64,000 nt of DNA from Sphaerodactylus townsendi (lineage: Eukaryota): NCBI RefSeq assembly GCF_021028975.2, contig NC_059434.1, forward strand, positions 88,908,001 through 88,972,000, written 5' to 3'. Made by a program: the position numbers and the translations under genes. Positions 1-10,976 of the stretch are shown in pieces. Within the stretch, counting starts at the first letter, position 1. Every line of letters starts with the position of its first letter. Under the pieces are notes generated by a model. The model ran no database searches, was not told the DNA's origin, and saw nothing but the letters and a program-made list of their open reading frames with translations.

Positions 1-94
1 AGAATTCCAGCAGCTCCGCTCGGCCCCCTGTGCTCCCCACCTCCAGGAAGCCCCGGGACCAGCAGAGGAAGCCGGAGGCCCCGTTCAGCATGGG
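1..94 (-). CDS. AUP1: AUP1 exon 4 (truncated by window edge)
   Basis: ccacag acceptor; PMLNGASGFLCWSRGFLEV. Confidence 0.88.
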
Positions 95-1453
95 CTGTGG
101 GAAGAGAGAGGCAGATGTCAGAACCTGAAAAAGACCACTGGTCACCTGGCCACAGGTACAGGGAGCTCAGATGCTGCTGAACAAGGAAGAGGCCAGTGAC
201 CGAATACAGTTGTGGGGTACCTGCAAGCCGCCCCAAGATAGCGGATGCCCTAGTTCTGACCCAACTGGGGAAAGAAGTGATTAAAGATTTCCCAAACGTA
301 GCACAAAATGCTCAGGCAACCTTCTCAGGGGCAGCAGTGGCGTAGGAGATTAAGAGCTCCTGTATCTAATCTGGAGGAACCGGTTTTGATTCCCAGCTCT
401 GCCGCCTGAGCTGTGGAGGCTTATCTGGGGAAGTCAGATTAGCCTGCGCACTCCCACACACGCCAGCTGGGTGACCTTGGGCTAGTCACAGCTTCTCGGA
501 GCTCTCTCAGCCCCACCCACCTCACAGGGGGGAAGGGCAAGGAGATTGTCAGCCCCTTTGAGTCTCCTGCAGGAGAGAAAGGGGGGCTATAAATCCAAAA
601 CTCTCTTCTCTTTTTTCTCTTTTGCAGGAAAGAGACAGGACGTGGCGCCAAAACAGGCACATGTGCAGGGTGGTGCTGGGTGAACCTAAGACCTATTCTG
701 GGGACCCGCTCCCCCACTGGGGTTCTACTCACTGCGTTGCAAGAGGTCAGCAAGTTAATGACGTTGTGGTCGAAGTGCGTGACGTGGTTGGCTATGTAGA
801 CGCGGGCCCGGAGGCCCCGCTGCCGTGGCTGGCTCTGCCGCACCAGGAGGCCCAGCACCGAGCACATCACCCGCACCACGAACCTGGAAGAGGTGCACGC
901 CTCAAGCACGCCCGCCTACCTGTGCGCCCGCCACGCTGCCTCTGCGCAATCGCGACCCCGCCCCCCTCCCACGACCTGCCACCCACAGCCTGGGGGGGGG
1001 GCGCGGTTTCCCTGGCGGAGTCCCCCCCCCGCCCCGCGTTCCTGGCCCGCCTCCTCCGCGCGGCCGGGTTGGCTGCAGCGACAGCCCCGGCCAGACCCCC
1101 CCCCCTTGCGGGGCGGCCACTGACCTGCGGAGGGCGCTGTCCGGGAGGGCGCAGCTGACCAGGAAGACGTGGAGGCCGACGAAGAGGCGCAGCAGCAGCA
1201 GGCACAGCCCCACCGGCGCGTACAGCAGCAGCGACACCAGCAGCAGCCCGTCGCTCGGCAGCCTGCGAAAGGAGGGAGGGGGGGAGGGAGGGAGGGGTTG
1301 GCGGCGGCGGCGGCGGAGAGCGGGAGGGGGGCCCCGGGGCGGGGGGCGGGGGGCGAGGGGGGCTCACCGGTGCGCGTCGAAGAGGCGGTCGGCGCCCGGC
1401 GGGGGCGGCGCGGCGGCGGCGCCGGCGGCGTCGGGGGTCGGGGCGGCCTCCAT
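1..1453 (-). CDS. AUP1: AUP1 lipid droplet regulating VLDL assembly factor (ancient ubiquitous protein 1), 5' part; exons 1453-1368, 1262-1125, 883-733, 94-<1
   Basis: Spliced translation [87 protein letters not shown]...NHVTHFDHNVINLL...-PMLNGASGFLCWSRGFLE matches the AUP1 N-terminal hairpin and acyltransferase-like region; all introns GT-AG with consistent phases. Confidence 0.95.
331..610 (+). mobile_element. tRNA-derived squamate SINE (Squam3-like)
   Basis: tRNA-like head (agtggcgtagg...ggttttgattccc), gctgggtgaccttgggctagtcaca core, ataaatccaaa...ctcttct tail; several related copies in the window. Confidence 0.75.
733..883 (-). CDS. AUP1: AUP1 exon 3
   Basis: cttccag acceptor; NHVTHFDHN motif; donor gtgagt. 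Confidence 0.93.
1125..1262 (-). CDS. AUP1: AUP1 exon 2
   Basis: tttcgcag acceptor; LLLYAPVGLCLLLLRLF; donor gtcagt. Confidence 0.93.
1368..1453 (-). CDS. AUP1: AUP1 exon 1
   Basis: ATG at 1453; ends RLFDAHR; donor gtgagc. Confidence 0.9.
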
Positions 1454-1667
1454 GGCTGCGCCGCTCCGTCCTCCCTTCAGGGCCCGGCCGAGGCCCGCGC
1501 AGCCCCAGCCGCCATCCTGGCCGCGCTTGCGCAGACGAGAGCTCGTTGCCTCTCGGGCTGGCCGGAAGTCGGCCGGCCTTTCCCAGCGACCACCGCGCGG
1601 CAGAGCCGCCCGGAACGCCAAGTCCCGCAGGGGACTTCCGGCCGCGGGAGGCGGGGGGGGGGGGAAG
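1454..1667. promoter_or_regulatory. AUP1/HTRA2 bidirectional promoter within a CpG island (~780-2170)
   Basis: Only 214 bp between the divergent ATGs; ETS/GABPA motifs CCGGAAGT (1562-1569) and ACTTCCGG (1634-1641); YY1-type AAGATGGCGGC overlapping the HTRA2 ATG; very high CpG density. Confidence 0.85.
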
Positions 1668-1948
1668 ATGGCGGCGGCGGCGGCAGGGCGGGCTGTGCGG
1701 GTGGCGCTGGCGGGGGGCGGGCGTCGGTGGCGCTGGCGGGGGGCCGGCTGGGCCTGGGCCTTGGCGGGCGCGGGAGGAGGAGCCGCGGCGGCGGCGGGGG
1801 CGCTGCTGCTGGGCGGGGCGGAGGCGGCGGCGGCGGCGGAGGAGGGGGGGAGGGGAGGCCCCGCCTCCCCCCGCGCCACCTTTAACTTCATCGCCGACGT
1901 GGCCGAGAAGACGGCGCCGGCGCTGGTCTACGTGGAGATCCTGGGCAG
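1668..1948 (+). CDS. HTRA2: HTRA2 exon 1
   Basis: aagATGg; ...[30 protein letters not shown]; donor gtgagg. Confidence 0.9.
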
Positions 1949-4900
1949 GTGAGGCCCCTCCTCCTCTCGCAGCGGGGGCGGGGGCTTCACAGGCCGGCCT
2001 TCCCCGTGGGGGGACCCACCGCGGTCCCCATCGAGAGGAATAACGGCAGCCACGAATGTAAAATGCATCCGCGCAACAGCCGTTTCCCCGCGCCCTACGC
2101 AATAGGTGGGAAGGAACATCCTTCCTCACAACAACCCTGTGGGGTAGGCTTGGCTGAGCGAGGGGGGGGGCTCGGCTCCTGCAGCTAAGTCTGCCGAGCA
2201 GACCACGGATTTGTTAAGCCCTCCCCTCCCTCATGTTTCCCACTTACGGGAAGAACGTTGATTTGAAATGTGGCGTTGGAGGCGAGCTTTATGGATTCCA
2301 CGTTGATCAGACTATGAGTGCAATTGGGGAGGGGGGGGTAGAATTGTGGATGCAGCACAAGGGCCCACTGACACCCGTTCCTGTAACATCTGCGAAAGGG
2401 GCAACTGTGCCCATCGTGGGGGCAGATATGCCAGTGCTTTGCAGCACCTGAACGCAGAATCTGCCACTGCTCTGGGGCTTCTCTGCCAGAAGGGCCCACA
2501 TCTGCATGGGTGGCCAGTTCTGGGAGGTGACGACTGACACCCTGGAAATGACCAGCTGCCATAACCTAGGCCATCAAAATAGCAAGAATGCGCCCTTGCG
2601 GCAGAAGGGTGACTTGGGGTCTTCTGCTCGGTTTTGGATCTTTCACCTTCTCTGCATCTCTCCACTGCCGGCACCATCCTCGGCTGCTGCAAAATTGTCC
2701 CCCATCCCAACCCAAGGAAGAAAGTGTGCTTGCCTTCTTGGTGGCCTCCCTCAGGGCCTAGAGAGGCAGGTCCCTTCCTGCCCTGGACGGGTGTTCCTCT
2801 GTGAGGCGCTGCTTTTCTGCAGCCGCTCTCCTGCCTGTGCAGCCTGGAAGAGAGCCATTTGCTGGGCTGCTCCAGCTGAGAAGCACACAGTTGGAAGGGG
2901 CCAGCCAGTCAGTGCAGGATCAGCCTCGCATCCCAGACAAGTGTTTGTCCAGCTGCTGCTTCAGGACTGCCAGTGAGCGGGAGCTCACCCCCTCCCAGGG
3001 TGGCTGATCCCACTTTTGCACAACTCTTACAGTGATTCCCCCCCCCCCCCCCAATATCCAATTGGAACCTTTCTCCCTGTAATTTACATCCTTGCATAGT
3101 GCGGGGTTGTGCGTTTGGAGCATATGACTGCCTGTCGCCTTCTCCTGTTGTCCCCAGGCATCCGTTCTCAGGGCGAGAGTTGCCCATCTCCAATGGTTCT
3201 GGTTTCGTGGTGTCTGCAGACGGCTTGATTGTGACAAACGCCCACGTTGTGGCAAACCGCAGGCGAGTGAGGGTGCGCCTGGCCAGTGGGGAGCTCTACA
3301 ATGCTGTTGTGCGGCAGGTGGACCAAGTCGCTGACATCGCCACCATCAAGATAGATCCCAAGGTGCTTTACTCAAGCGAAGCCGGGGGGGGGGGTGTCTC
3401 CCAACCCCCCTGTTGTCCTAGGCTGGGGCAGGAAGCTGGGGCAGTGCAAAGCCACACACACAGAATCTGGGTTGCACGGATGCCTCAAGAAGCGGCACCA
3501 GGAGGCTTCAAACTGCATGCAACGTTGGAAGGCAGCCCTTCCAGGAACAAACTAATCGGGTGGCACTACACTGTGTTGCTCCATAGTGCGCCCCCTGGAA
3601 TCCCTCTTTTGTTTCAGGTCGCTGCTGCAGCAGTTGGGGTGGGGGCATTAGCCGAAGGCAGCTGCAACCACAGATGCTTGCTTGTTCCTCTCTCCTCAGC
3701 GCCCCCTGCCCACCTTGCCCTTGGGTCGCTCGTCAGAGGTGCGCCAGGGGGAATTTGTGGTCGCCATGGGCAGCCCTTTTGCCCTCCAGAACACTGTCAC
3801 ATCCGGCATCGTTAGCTCAGTCCAGCGAGGAGGGCGAGAACTGGGCCTGGCTGCTTCTGACATGGAGTACATCCAGACAGACGCTGCCATAGACGTAAGG
3901 ACCCCATGCCTTATATGGACCTCTCTGGGGTTTTCGCTATGGCCTGCCTGTGGGCATTGCATCTGCAGAACGTGAGGGGCTTGGGCCCTCTTTGCATGGT
4001 TGGGTTTGTTTGGATTTATATCCCCACTTTCTGTCCTGTAAGGAGACTCAAAAGGCTGACAAGCTCCTTTCCCCTCCTCTCCCCACAACAGACACCTGGT
4101 GAGGCAGGTGGGGCTGAGAGAGTTCAGAGAGAACTGCAGCTAGTCCAAGGTCACCCAGCAGGAATGTGTGGGAATGGAGAAATGAATCTGGTTCACCAGA
4201 TAAGACTCCTCTGCTCATGTGGAGGAGTAGTAAATCAAACCCGGTTCTCCAGATTAGAGTCCACCTGCTCTTGACCGCCTTACCATTCTGGACACAGCCC
4301 TCAGTGCACTTAGAAACATGGAGCTGGAAGAGCCTCAAGGGTCAACCAGTCCCACCCTCTGCCTAACATAGGAAATTCACAGCTACCTCCCCCCACCCCT
4401 AGTGAACCCTGCTTTATGCCTAGAGGATGGCATAGGACAGTGGTGGCGAACTTTTGGCACTCCAGATGTTATGGACTACAATTCCCATCAGCTCCTACAA
4501 TTGGCCATGTTGGCAGGGGCTGATGGGAATTGTAGTCCATAACATCTGGAGTGCCAGAGGTTCGCCACCACAGGCATAGGATCTCTGGCCAATTCCTCCC
4601 TGACCCCAAAGTGGAGTTATCCTGGGCATGTAAGAAGGGACCACGAGAGCTGAGCACTGGCTCCCCCTGTCCTGCCCTCCCTCTCATGGTCTGCCTGAGT
4701 TCACAGAGTCAGCCTTGCTACGGGTGGCTGCCTGGCCTCTGCTTAAAGCTCTCCAAAGAAGGAGAGCCCCCCACCTCCTGAGGAAGCCTCCTCCACTGTT
4801 AGGGTGTTCTTCCTGATGTTTAACCAAAAACTCATTTGATTTAATTTCAACCCGTTGGTTCTGGTCTGACCTTCTGGCGCAACAAAAAACAACTCTGCCC

Positions 4901-7900
4901 CACCCTGTACGTAACTGTCTTTCAATAATTTGAAGATGGTTCTCATATCACCTCTCGGTCGTTTCCTCTCCAGGCTAAACATTCCCCGCTCCTTCGGCCT
5001 CTCCTCAGAGCACTGGCTCTCCAGACCCCTTGCTGTCTCCGCTGCCCTCCTCTGGACATGTCCCTGCTTGTCAGCATCCTTGTTAAATTGGGGTGCCCAA
5101 AACTGAGCACAGCGCTCCAAGTGGGGCTATCACTTTCTGTGGCCTGGCCAGTGACTTAGAGTCAAAGAATCCTAGAGTTGGAAGAGACCCCCAAGGGCCA
5201 TCAGGTCCAACCCCCTGCAGTGCAGGAACACATAATCAAATCACTCCTGACAGATGGCCATCTAGCCTCTCTTTAAAAACCTCCGAAGAAAGAGACTCCA
5301 CCACACTTCGAGGCGGTGAATTCCACTGTCGAACAGCCCTGACGGTCAGGAAGTTCTTCCTGATGTTTGGGTGGAATCTCTTTTCCTTCACCTTGAACCC
5401 ATGACTCCTGGTCCTAGCCTCTGGAGCAGCAGAGAACACGCTCGCCCCCTCACCAACATGACATCCCTTCAGATATCTAAACATGGCTGTCATGATTTTT
5501 TACCTCTTAACCTTCTCTTCATCAAACTAAGCATACCCAGCTCCCAAAGTCTCTCCTCTGTCGATGCAGCCTGAAATTGCTTCTGCCTTTTCAGCTGCTG
5601 CATCACACTGCTGGCTCACTTGAGCTTTCTTGGGTTGTTCCTCATTATTACCTTTGTTTCCCACTCTCTGCAGTTTGGGAACTCTGGTGGCCCCCTGGTC
5701 AACCTGGTAAGTTTCTAACGTTCTGCGTGCGATAGGCGGCGAGCAGTTTCTTCTGCAGATGTGTACATGGAAGGGCTATGTCTGTTTCTTGTGACTGGTG
5801 GTGGTGGGGCAACAGGAGGATTTCCCTCCGGAGCAAATGATTGGAGGTTTGGGTTTCATGCTGCCAGCTGCAGGGCCCCCTCCTCCTTCCCTCCCCCCGC
5901 CCCATTTCCCTGGGTGCTGCTGGGTCTTTCCAGCCAGCCTGTGTGGCTTTTCCAGTGAGCAGGGCTCCAGGTGCCGCCTGCTGAGGTAACTTTGTCCTCT
6001 CCTAGGACGGTGAGGTGATTGGTGTCAATACAATGAAGGTGACTTCAGGGATCTCATTTGCCATCCCCTCTGACCGGCTGCGGGCTTTCCTTGAGGAGGA
6101 GGGGAAGCGTACGGGTGCGTGTGGGGAGGGGACGAGGTCTGAATTTCCCCCACTCTCCTGTTACATTGACGGTCTACTTGGATGGGGCCTGGGCTCAGTC
6201 CTGGAGTGAGGTGGGGGAGGACCATGGCACCTCCAAACAACGTTGCTCTTACGGTGACCTCAATGCTGTCCCTTTGATGCCTCAGCATGCCGAGTGGATG
6301 TTGGCCTTTCCAATGGTGTTCCCGGCTGTTGCCACTCTGGGCTTTTGGGGCAAGACGACGTCGGCTGGGGTCTTTGTGCTGATGGGGGCTGGGTGTGGCA
6401 GGTAGGCGGATCGCAGCACCCCCTCGCTGACTGCCTTTCCCTCTGCAGGCCCCTGGTTTGGCAGCACAGAGGGGAAGCGCCGCTACATTGGAGTAATGAT
6501 GCTGACCCTGACCCCCAGGTGAGCAGGAGTCTGGGGTGGCTGGATGCTCCATCTCTCCCCTCCCCTCTCCTGCCCTGCGGCATCAGCAGGTTGCAGCTCC
6601 TGAAATCTGTATGGTTCAAAACCATTATTCTATCTCATTCTGAACAACGTTGTTGGTGTGGATTGAAAAGTTTGCCCCAGGAGACAGCGTATGCATGAGC
6701 AGCATTTTTCTACACACCTGGCGGAAGCTCCAAGGTGGGGGCTGTTTAAAAACTCTAAAATAGTCCCAGCAACGCCTGCTTCCTAAAGGAAAGGATCCCC
6801 CTGGGATGCCGTGACGCTGCCCTGGGAGCGCTGGGTCGCTCTTTCGGGAAGGGCTGAGCAACAGGGCCAAAGGTTACAAGCGCGGGAAAGAGGGAGACTT
6901 TGAGACTAAGTCACAGATAGGCCAAGGAAAGATAAAGCGAGAGGAGGGTGAGAAAACGCCTACAGGAAAACCAAGGAAATAGAATAGGGTGGAAGGTGAG
7001 AGCAGTAGAACAAGACGCACCAGGGTCTGTGTGGCAGAAGAGGCGGAGTTTGGATTTATACCCCACCTTTCTCTCCTGGGAGGTGACTCAAGGTGGCCTA
7101 CAATCTCCTTTCGCTTCCTCTCCCCACAACAGACACCTTGTGAGGTAGGTGGGGCTGAGAGAGTTCTTAGAGGACTGTGACTATCCTGGGGCCACCTAGC
7201 AGGAATGTAGGAGTGCGGAAACACATCTGGTTCACCAGATAAGCCTCTGCCACTCAGGTGGAGGAGTGGGGAATCAAGCCCGGTCCTCCAGATTAGAATC
7301 CACCTTCTCTTAACCACCACACCACGCTGGCTCTCGGGGAGGAGCTTCGGGCCCTGCTAGAGGGAGGCAAAGAGCAGGGGAGTTAGAGAAACTTTATTCT
7401 GGTGGGTTTCTCTTCTCAAGGCCTCCCTCTGCCTTCTGGCTGCTGGCATCATAGCTGTGTGTGGAGACGAAGGGACAGGCAGAGCCCCCCTCCCCCACCT
7501 TGGCATTAGAGCTCCTGCTTTGTGCACGGAGAGTCCCAACCTCTGTCCCCTGCAGCATCTCCAGAGGAGAGGGCAAGACTTAAGGTGATGTGGAGAACCT
7601 TGGCCCGAAAGAGCTGCTGCCAGTCAGAGGAACCTCAGGGGCACCCCGCCACCAGTCTGGCTCTTTGCATGCCTGTCAGCCAAGTGGCGCTGGCGGCGGC
7701 TTCTGCTGCATTGTTCTTGGGTCGGGGCTGGCTGCTCGCTTTGGGGCCTGGTTTCTCATTCTGCAAAATGGGCAGCTTCGTGGTGCTTTTAGGACGGGGA
7801 GCCCCAGGGAGAGGCTCCCAAAAACCCAGGGGGCCGCTTTGGAGAACACGACTGAGTCTGCCCTCTTCCTTCGGGGCGAATCACACTGCCAAGAGCAGAA

Positions 7901-8476
7901 GGCTGTTGAGGAGACGAGGCTGGCAGTGGCTGTGCCAAGGCACTCCAGAGGTTTGATGCAAGCCACACACAGCCCTGGAGGAGTGCGCACGGGGAGCACT
8001 CTCTGGCCGTGCAGTGGCAGCCTCCGTGGCTCGTGAGGTGCTGATCTGGTGGTCTCTTGCCTACCCTCCATAGTATCCTGTCTGAGCTGAGGCTGAGAGA
8101 TCCAGCCTTCCCTGACGTGCCTCATGGCGTCCTGATCCACAAGGTGATCCTTGGCTCTCCGGCTCATCAGTAAGTGTTGGACTCCCCTCTCGCCTGCCCT
8201 GCGGGGGAGGGGGCAGTCTTGGGTGCCTGCCCCTCCCCTCTTCCCCACCTGCAGCCAGACAGGATGTCCTTCTCCCGCCCCCACCCTGCCTCCCTTCTGC
8301 CTTTCCCCAGGGCTGGACTCAGGGCAGGTGACATCCTGATGGAAATCAACGGGCAGCCGTCTCGGCGGGCAGAAGACGTCTACACGGCTGTGCGGACGCA
8401 GCCCCACTTGGAGCTGCTGGTGCGGCGTGGTTCTCAGTCGTTGCCGCTGACGATCACCCCCGAGGCCACAGAGTAG
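1668..8476 (+). CDS. HTRA2: HtrA serine peptidase 2 (mitochondrial Omi); exons 1668-1948, 3158-3362, 3700-3894, 5674-5706, 6006-6114, 6449-6518, 8074-8169, 8311-8476; 384 aa
   Basis: Catalytic triad motifs VTNAHVV, DIATI and [11 protein letters not shown]; PASPR/FNFIADV N-terminus; C-terminal PDZ domain ([11 protein letters not shown]...[15 protein letters not shown]); GT-AG introns, 1155 nt total in frame. Confidence 0.96.
3158..3362 (+). CDS. HTRA2: HTRA2 exon 2 (catalytic His and Asp)
   Basis: [18 protein letters not shown]...TNAHVV...DIATIKI. Confidence 0.95.
3700..3894 (+). CDS. HTRA2: HTRA2 exon 3
   Basis: [32 protein letters not shown]...YIQTDAAID. Confidence 0.95.
4003..4290 (-). 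mobile_element. tRNA-derived SINE, same family
   Basis: Reverse complement of the 331-610 family motifs. Confidence 0.7.
4438..4573. mobile_element. Palindromic hAT-type MITE
   Basis: 136-bp near-perfect palindrome; 8-bp TSD GCATAGGA at 4430-4437 and 4574-4581. Confidence 0.85.
4700..5620 (-). mobile_element. Two adjacent CR1 LINE 3' fragments
   Basis: Minus-strand peptides [12 protein letters not shown]...VQRRA...[10 protein letters not shown] and FRYLKGCH...[16 protein letters not shown], typical of the CR1 ORF2 C-terminus. Confidence 0.8.
5674..5706 (+). CDS. HTRA2: HTRA2 exon 4 (33-nt exon, catalytic Ser)
   Basis: ctgcag|[11 protein letters not shown]|gtaagt; absent from the ORF track. 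Confidence 0.95.
6006..6114 (+). CDS. HTRA2: HTRA2 exon 5
   Basis: [29 protein letters not shown]; an in-frame alternative donor exists after 6108. Confidence 0.9.
6449..6518 (+). CDS. HTRA2: HTRA2 exon 6
   Basis: [14 protein letters not shown]; donor gtgagc. Confidence 0.93.
7045..7335 (-). mobile_element. tRNA-derived SINE, same family as 331-610
   Basis: Shared family motifs in reverse orientation. Confidence 0.72.
8074..8169 (+). CDS. HTRA2: HTRA2 exon 7
   Basis: [31 protein letters not shown]; donor gtaagt. Confidence 0.94.
8311..8476 (+). CDS. HTRA2: HTRA2 exon 8 (last coding)
   Basis: [14 protein letters not shown]...TITPEATE*. Confidence 0.94.
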
Positions 8477-9077
8477 GGCGGGAGGCGTTGGCTGGGGAAG
8501 GTGGACTCTGTCTTGGATGCAGGGCTGGGTTGTCCCCCTCTCTGCTGCCCTCTTGCCCAGCCTGGGGGGTTGGTGGGGCTGGACCCCCTCCTTGACACCT
8601 GGGCGGCCTCCTTTCTGCTGTTGGCCAGATGGCAGCTTGAGCCCCAAGGAAGTTCAACCTTTTTCTTTGCGGGGGGGGGGGGGGGGCCCCCTCCTCTCAC
8701 CAGTCCTCTGTGATAAGAGTACTGGAGACTGGACAGGAGTCTATCTGCGCAGAACCAAAGCCAGAGGAGGCTGCCCTGAGAGACGAATTTGGGGGGGGGG
8801 GGGGTTTGCGCACTGGGGCTGCCTGGAGGAGGAAGGAATCCACAGCTGTCGGACTGGAGCTGCAGGGCTGGTCGGCCGCAAGGAGCATGGCAGCGACCGC
8901 CTCGGCGGGTGATTCTCTCCGCTCAGAGGTGCCCAGTCTCCAGTTGGGTGGTGGCTGCATGGACGCGCACGCACACACCCCCAGCTGTGAGAGTGGGTCA
9001 GGGCAGACTCCGTCATGGTCTCTCTGCTCGTTCAGTGGTGCAGGAGGTCCAGATTGTGAAATGTGTTCTGCTGAAGG

Positions 9078-9083
9078 AATAAA
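9078..9083 (+). terminator. Probable HTRA2 polyadenylation signal
   Basis: First AATAAA after the stop codon, followed by GT-rich sequence (~9120-9190). Confidence 0.7.
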
Positions 9084-10902
9084 ATGACACTTGAATCAAG
9101 ATGGGTTTTGCCAGCTCCTTTGGTGTGCTTTGGTGAGCGTCTTGTGCTCTGTGTGGTGCAGTTGTTGACAGTTGTTGATGTGCTTGTGAATCAGCACCCG
9201 GCCCATGAGCCCCGGCTCTCCTGGCATAGCAGCTTCCCTGGTCTTCTCAGGCTCTCCCTGCTAGAGCCGCGTTTCCGGCCTTCCCAAGGCAGCTGCTGAC
9301 GCCCCGGCAGAGGCTCTCAGGGGGGCTCTGGGAAGGGCTCTGACTTGTGGGCGCAACGGCTGGATGCTGACTGGAGGGAGTGGGGCTGGGGAGGGGTGTG
9401 TGGTGGCAGGTAAGCCTGCCTCCCCATCCCCAAAGGGACGGTTGCCTCCCTGGGGTAGCCGTGGCAGAGGGCTGTCTGCCTTTCTTGAAGGAGACTGAGC
9501 AAATCGTGGCTGGCCACATCCGGCCACAGCAGGGAGGGGCATGTGGCAGAGGGTGTCAGCCGGGTGCTGGGGTGATGCTGTAGGCCTTTCCCCTTGTCTC
9601 CAGCTACATGGTCGGGGGCCAGTGGCCAGCCACCCCCTCCAACAGGCAGCATTTGCCTTCCTGTCTGCTTTTGGAAGCCATGGTTTTGGGGGCTGGGGGA
9701 GGGAGGGGGGCCTGTGCTGTGACTCTGGTGAGACCCTGCAGTGGGGCTGAGCCCCTCTTGCCCACTTCCATATGGCCCACTTCCAAAGGAGTCTGGAGAC
9801 ATCAGATCTGGGATTGGGGGGGTGGGGGGCTTTTCCCTCTGGTCTCGCCTGCCTCTCGAGTTCTGGCTTCCCCTGAGAAATACTTTCAGTAAAAAGACAC
9901 ATGAGGAAGGTTTATAAAAGTATTCCTCAGGGGAAGCGGACATTTCCCCTCCCTGACCCATCGTGCCAGAAAGAGTGCCGTTCTTTAGTCAGCAGTTTTG
10001 TGTTTTCACGTCTGCCTCCCCAGATGTTCCAGTTTCCTGGCTCTGCTCAGTGCCTGCTGCTCTTTGTGCTGCCGGAGGGGAGGAGGGGCCGAGGGTTGGG
10101 TTAAAGTTCAGAGCAAGCCAGAGAAGGCCCCGTCGTCTCCACTGGGCATCTCCATTGACCCCTCTGAGCGGCCAGGCCTCGTTTCACCTTCTGCAGAGGA
10201 ATCTGCTTCTCTGCTCAACGCAGCCTAGAAAGAAAACATTCCCAGGAACACAAAGCGGTTGCAGCGGAGAGGGGCCAGGGGGCCCAGGCTGCCACCTCCC
10301 CACCCACCGCTGTGCTCCAGAGCTCTTTCTCCTGGCTCCAGTTGCTGGGGCCACAGAGGGGTGGAGTTGTGGGGCAAGGGGCTCTGCCCAGCCTGCCCTC
10401 CTTGCTGGCTTGCTGAAGGCTGGGGAGCACCCTGTGCCCTCCCCTGCCTGGCAAGGCCTTTCTGGGTTTGAGGGACCCCCCCCCCCTCCAAAAAAAAATA
10501 TAACTAAGCAGGAGACAGGTTGGGGCAAAAAAATTTAACACTTTATATAGAAAACAGCCCTGACAAGCATTGTTTGAAGGAAAGGCCCAGTGGACGGCGG
10601 TGCCTGGGAGGGGAGCCCCCTCCCCTGACGGCCTCCCCTTGCTGCCCAGGCCCAGCCTCACCCATTGGCAGGTGTGTGTGTGGGTGGGTGTGTGTGGTCC
10701 AGACCTGGGTCATCCTGCAGTCTCGTGCCAGCCTGCTTGGCCCCATGCTCCTCCAGGGCCACGCTGGATCAGCTGCTGGCTGGTGGGTTCAGGAGAGGGC
10801 AGGTGGCTGGGCCAATGTGCCACTCCAGCCCTGCCTGACGCGGCTGGAGCATGAGCAGGCTGTCTGCGGCCCAGGAGCAGGCGGTGGCCTGGTTGCTGCG
10901 GC

Positions 10903-10976
10903 CTACACAACTTGGTTGTTCAGCTGTCCGGGATACTGTTCCAAGCGCCTGCTGGCCTCCTCGCTGAGTGCATCAC
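10903..10976 (-). CDS. LOXL3: LOXL3 exon 14 (last coding)
   Basis: [23 protein letters not shown]. Confidence 0.92.

Noticed and set aside
825-2129. 375-aa and 420-aa overlapping ORFs across AUP1/HTRA2
   Set aside because: CpG-island artefacts; the real coding parts are the short spliced exons.
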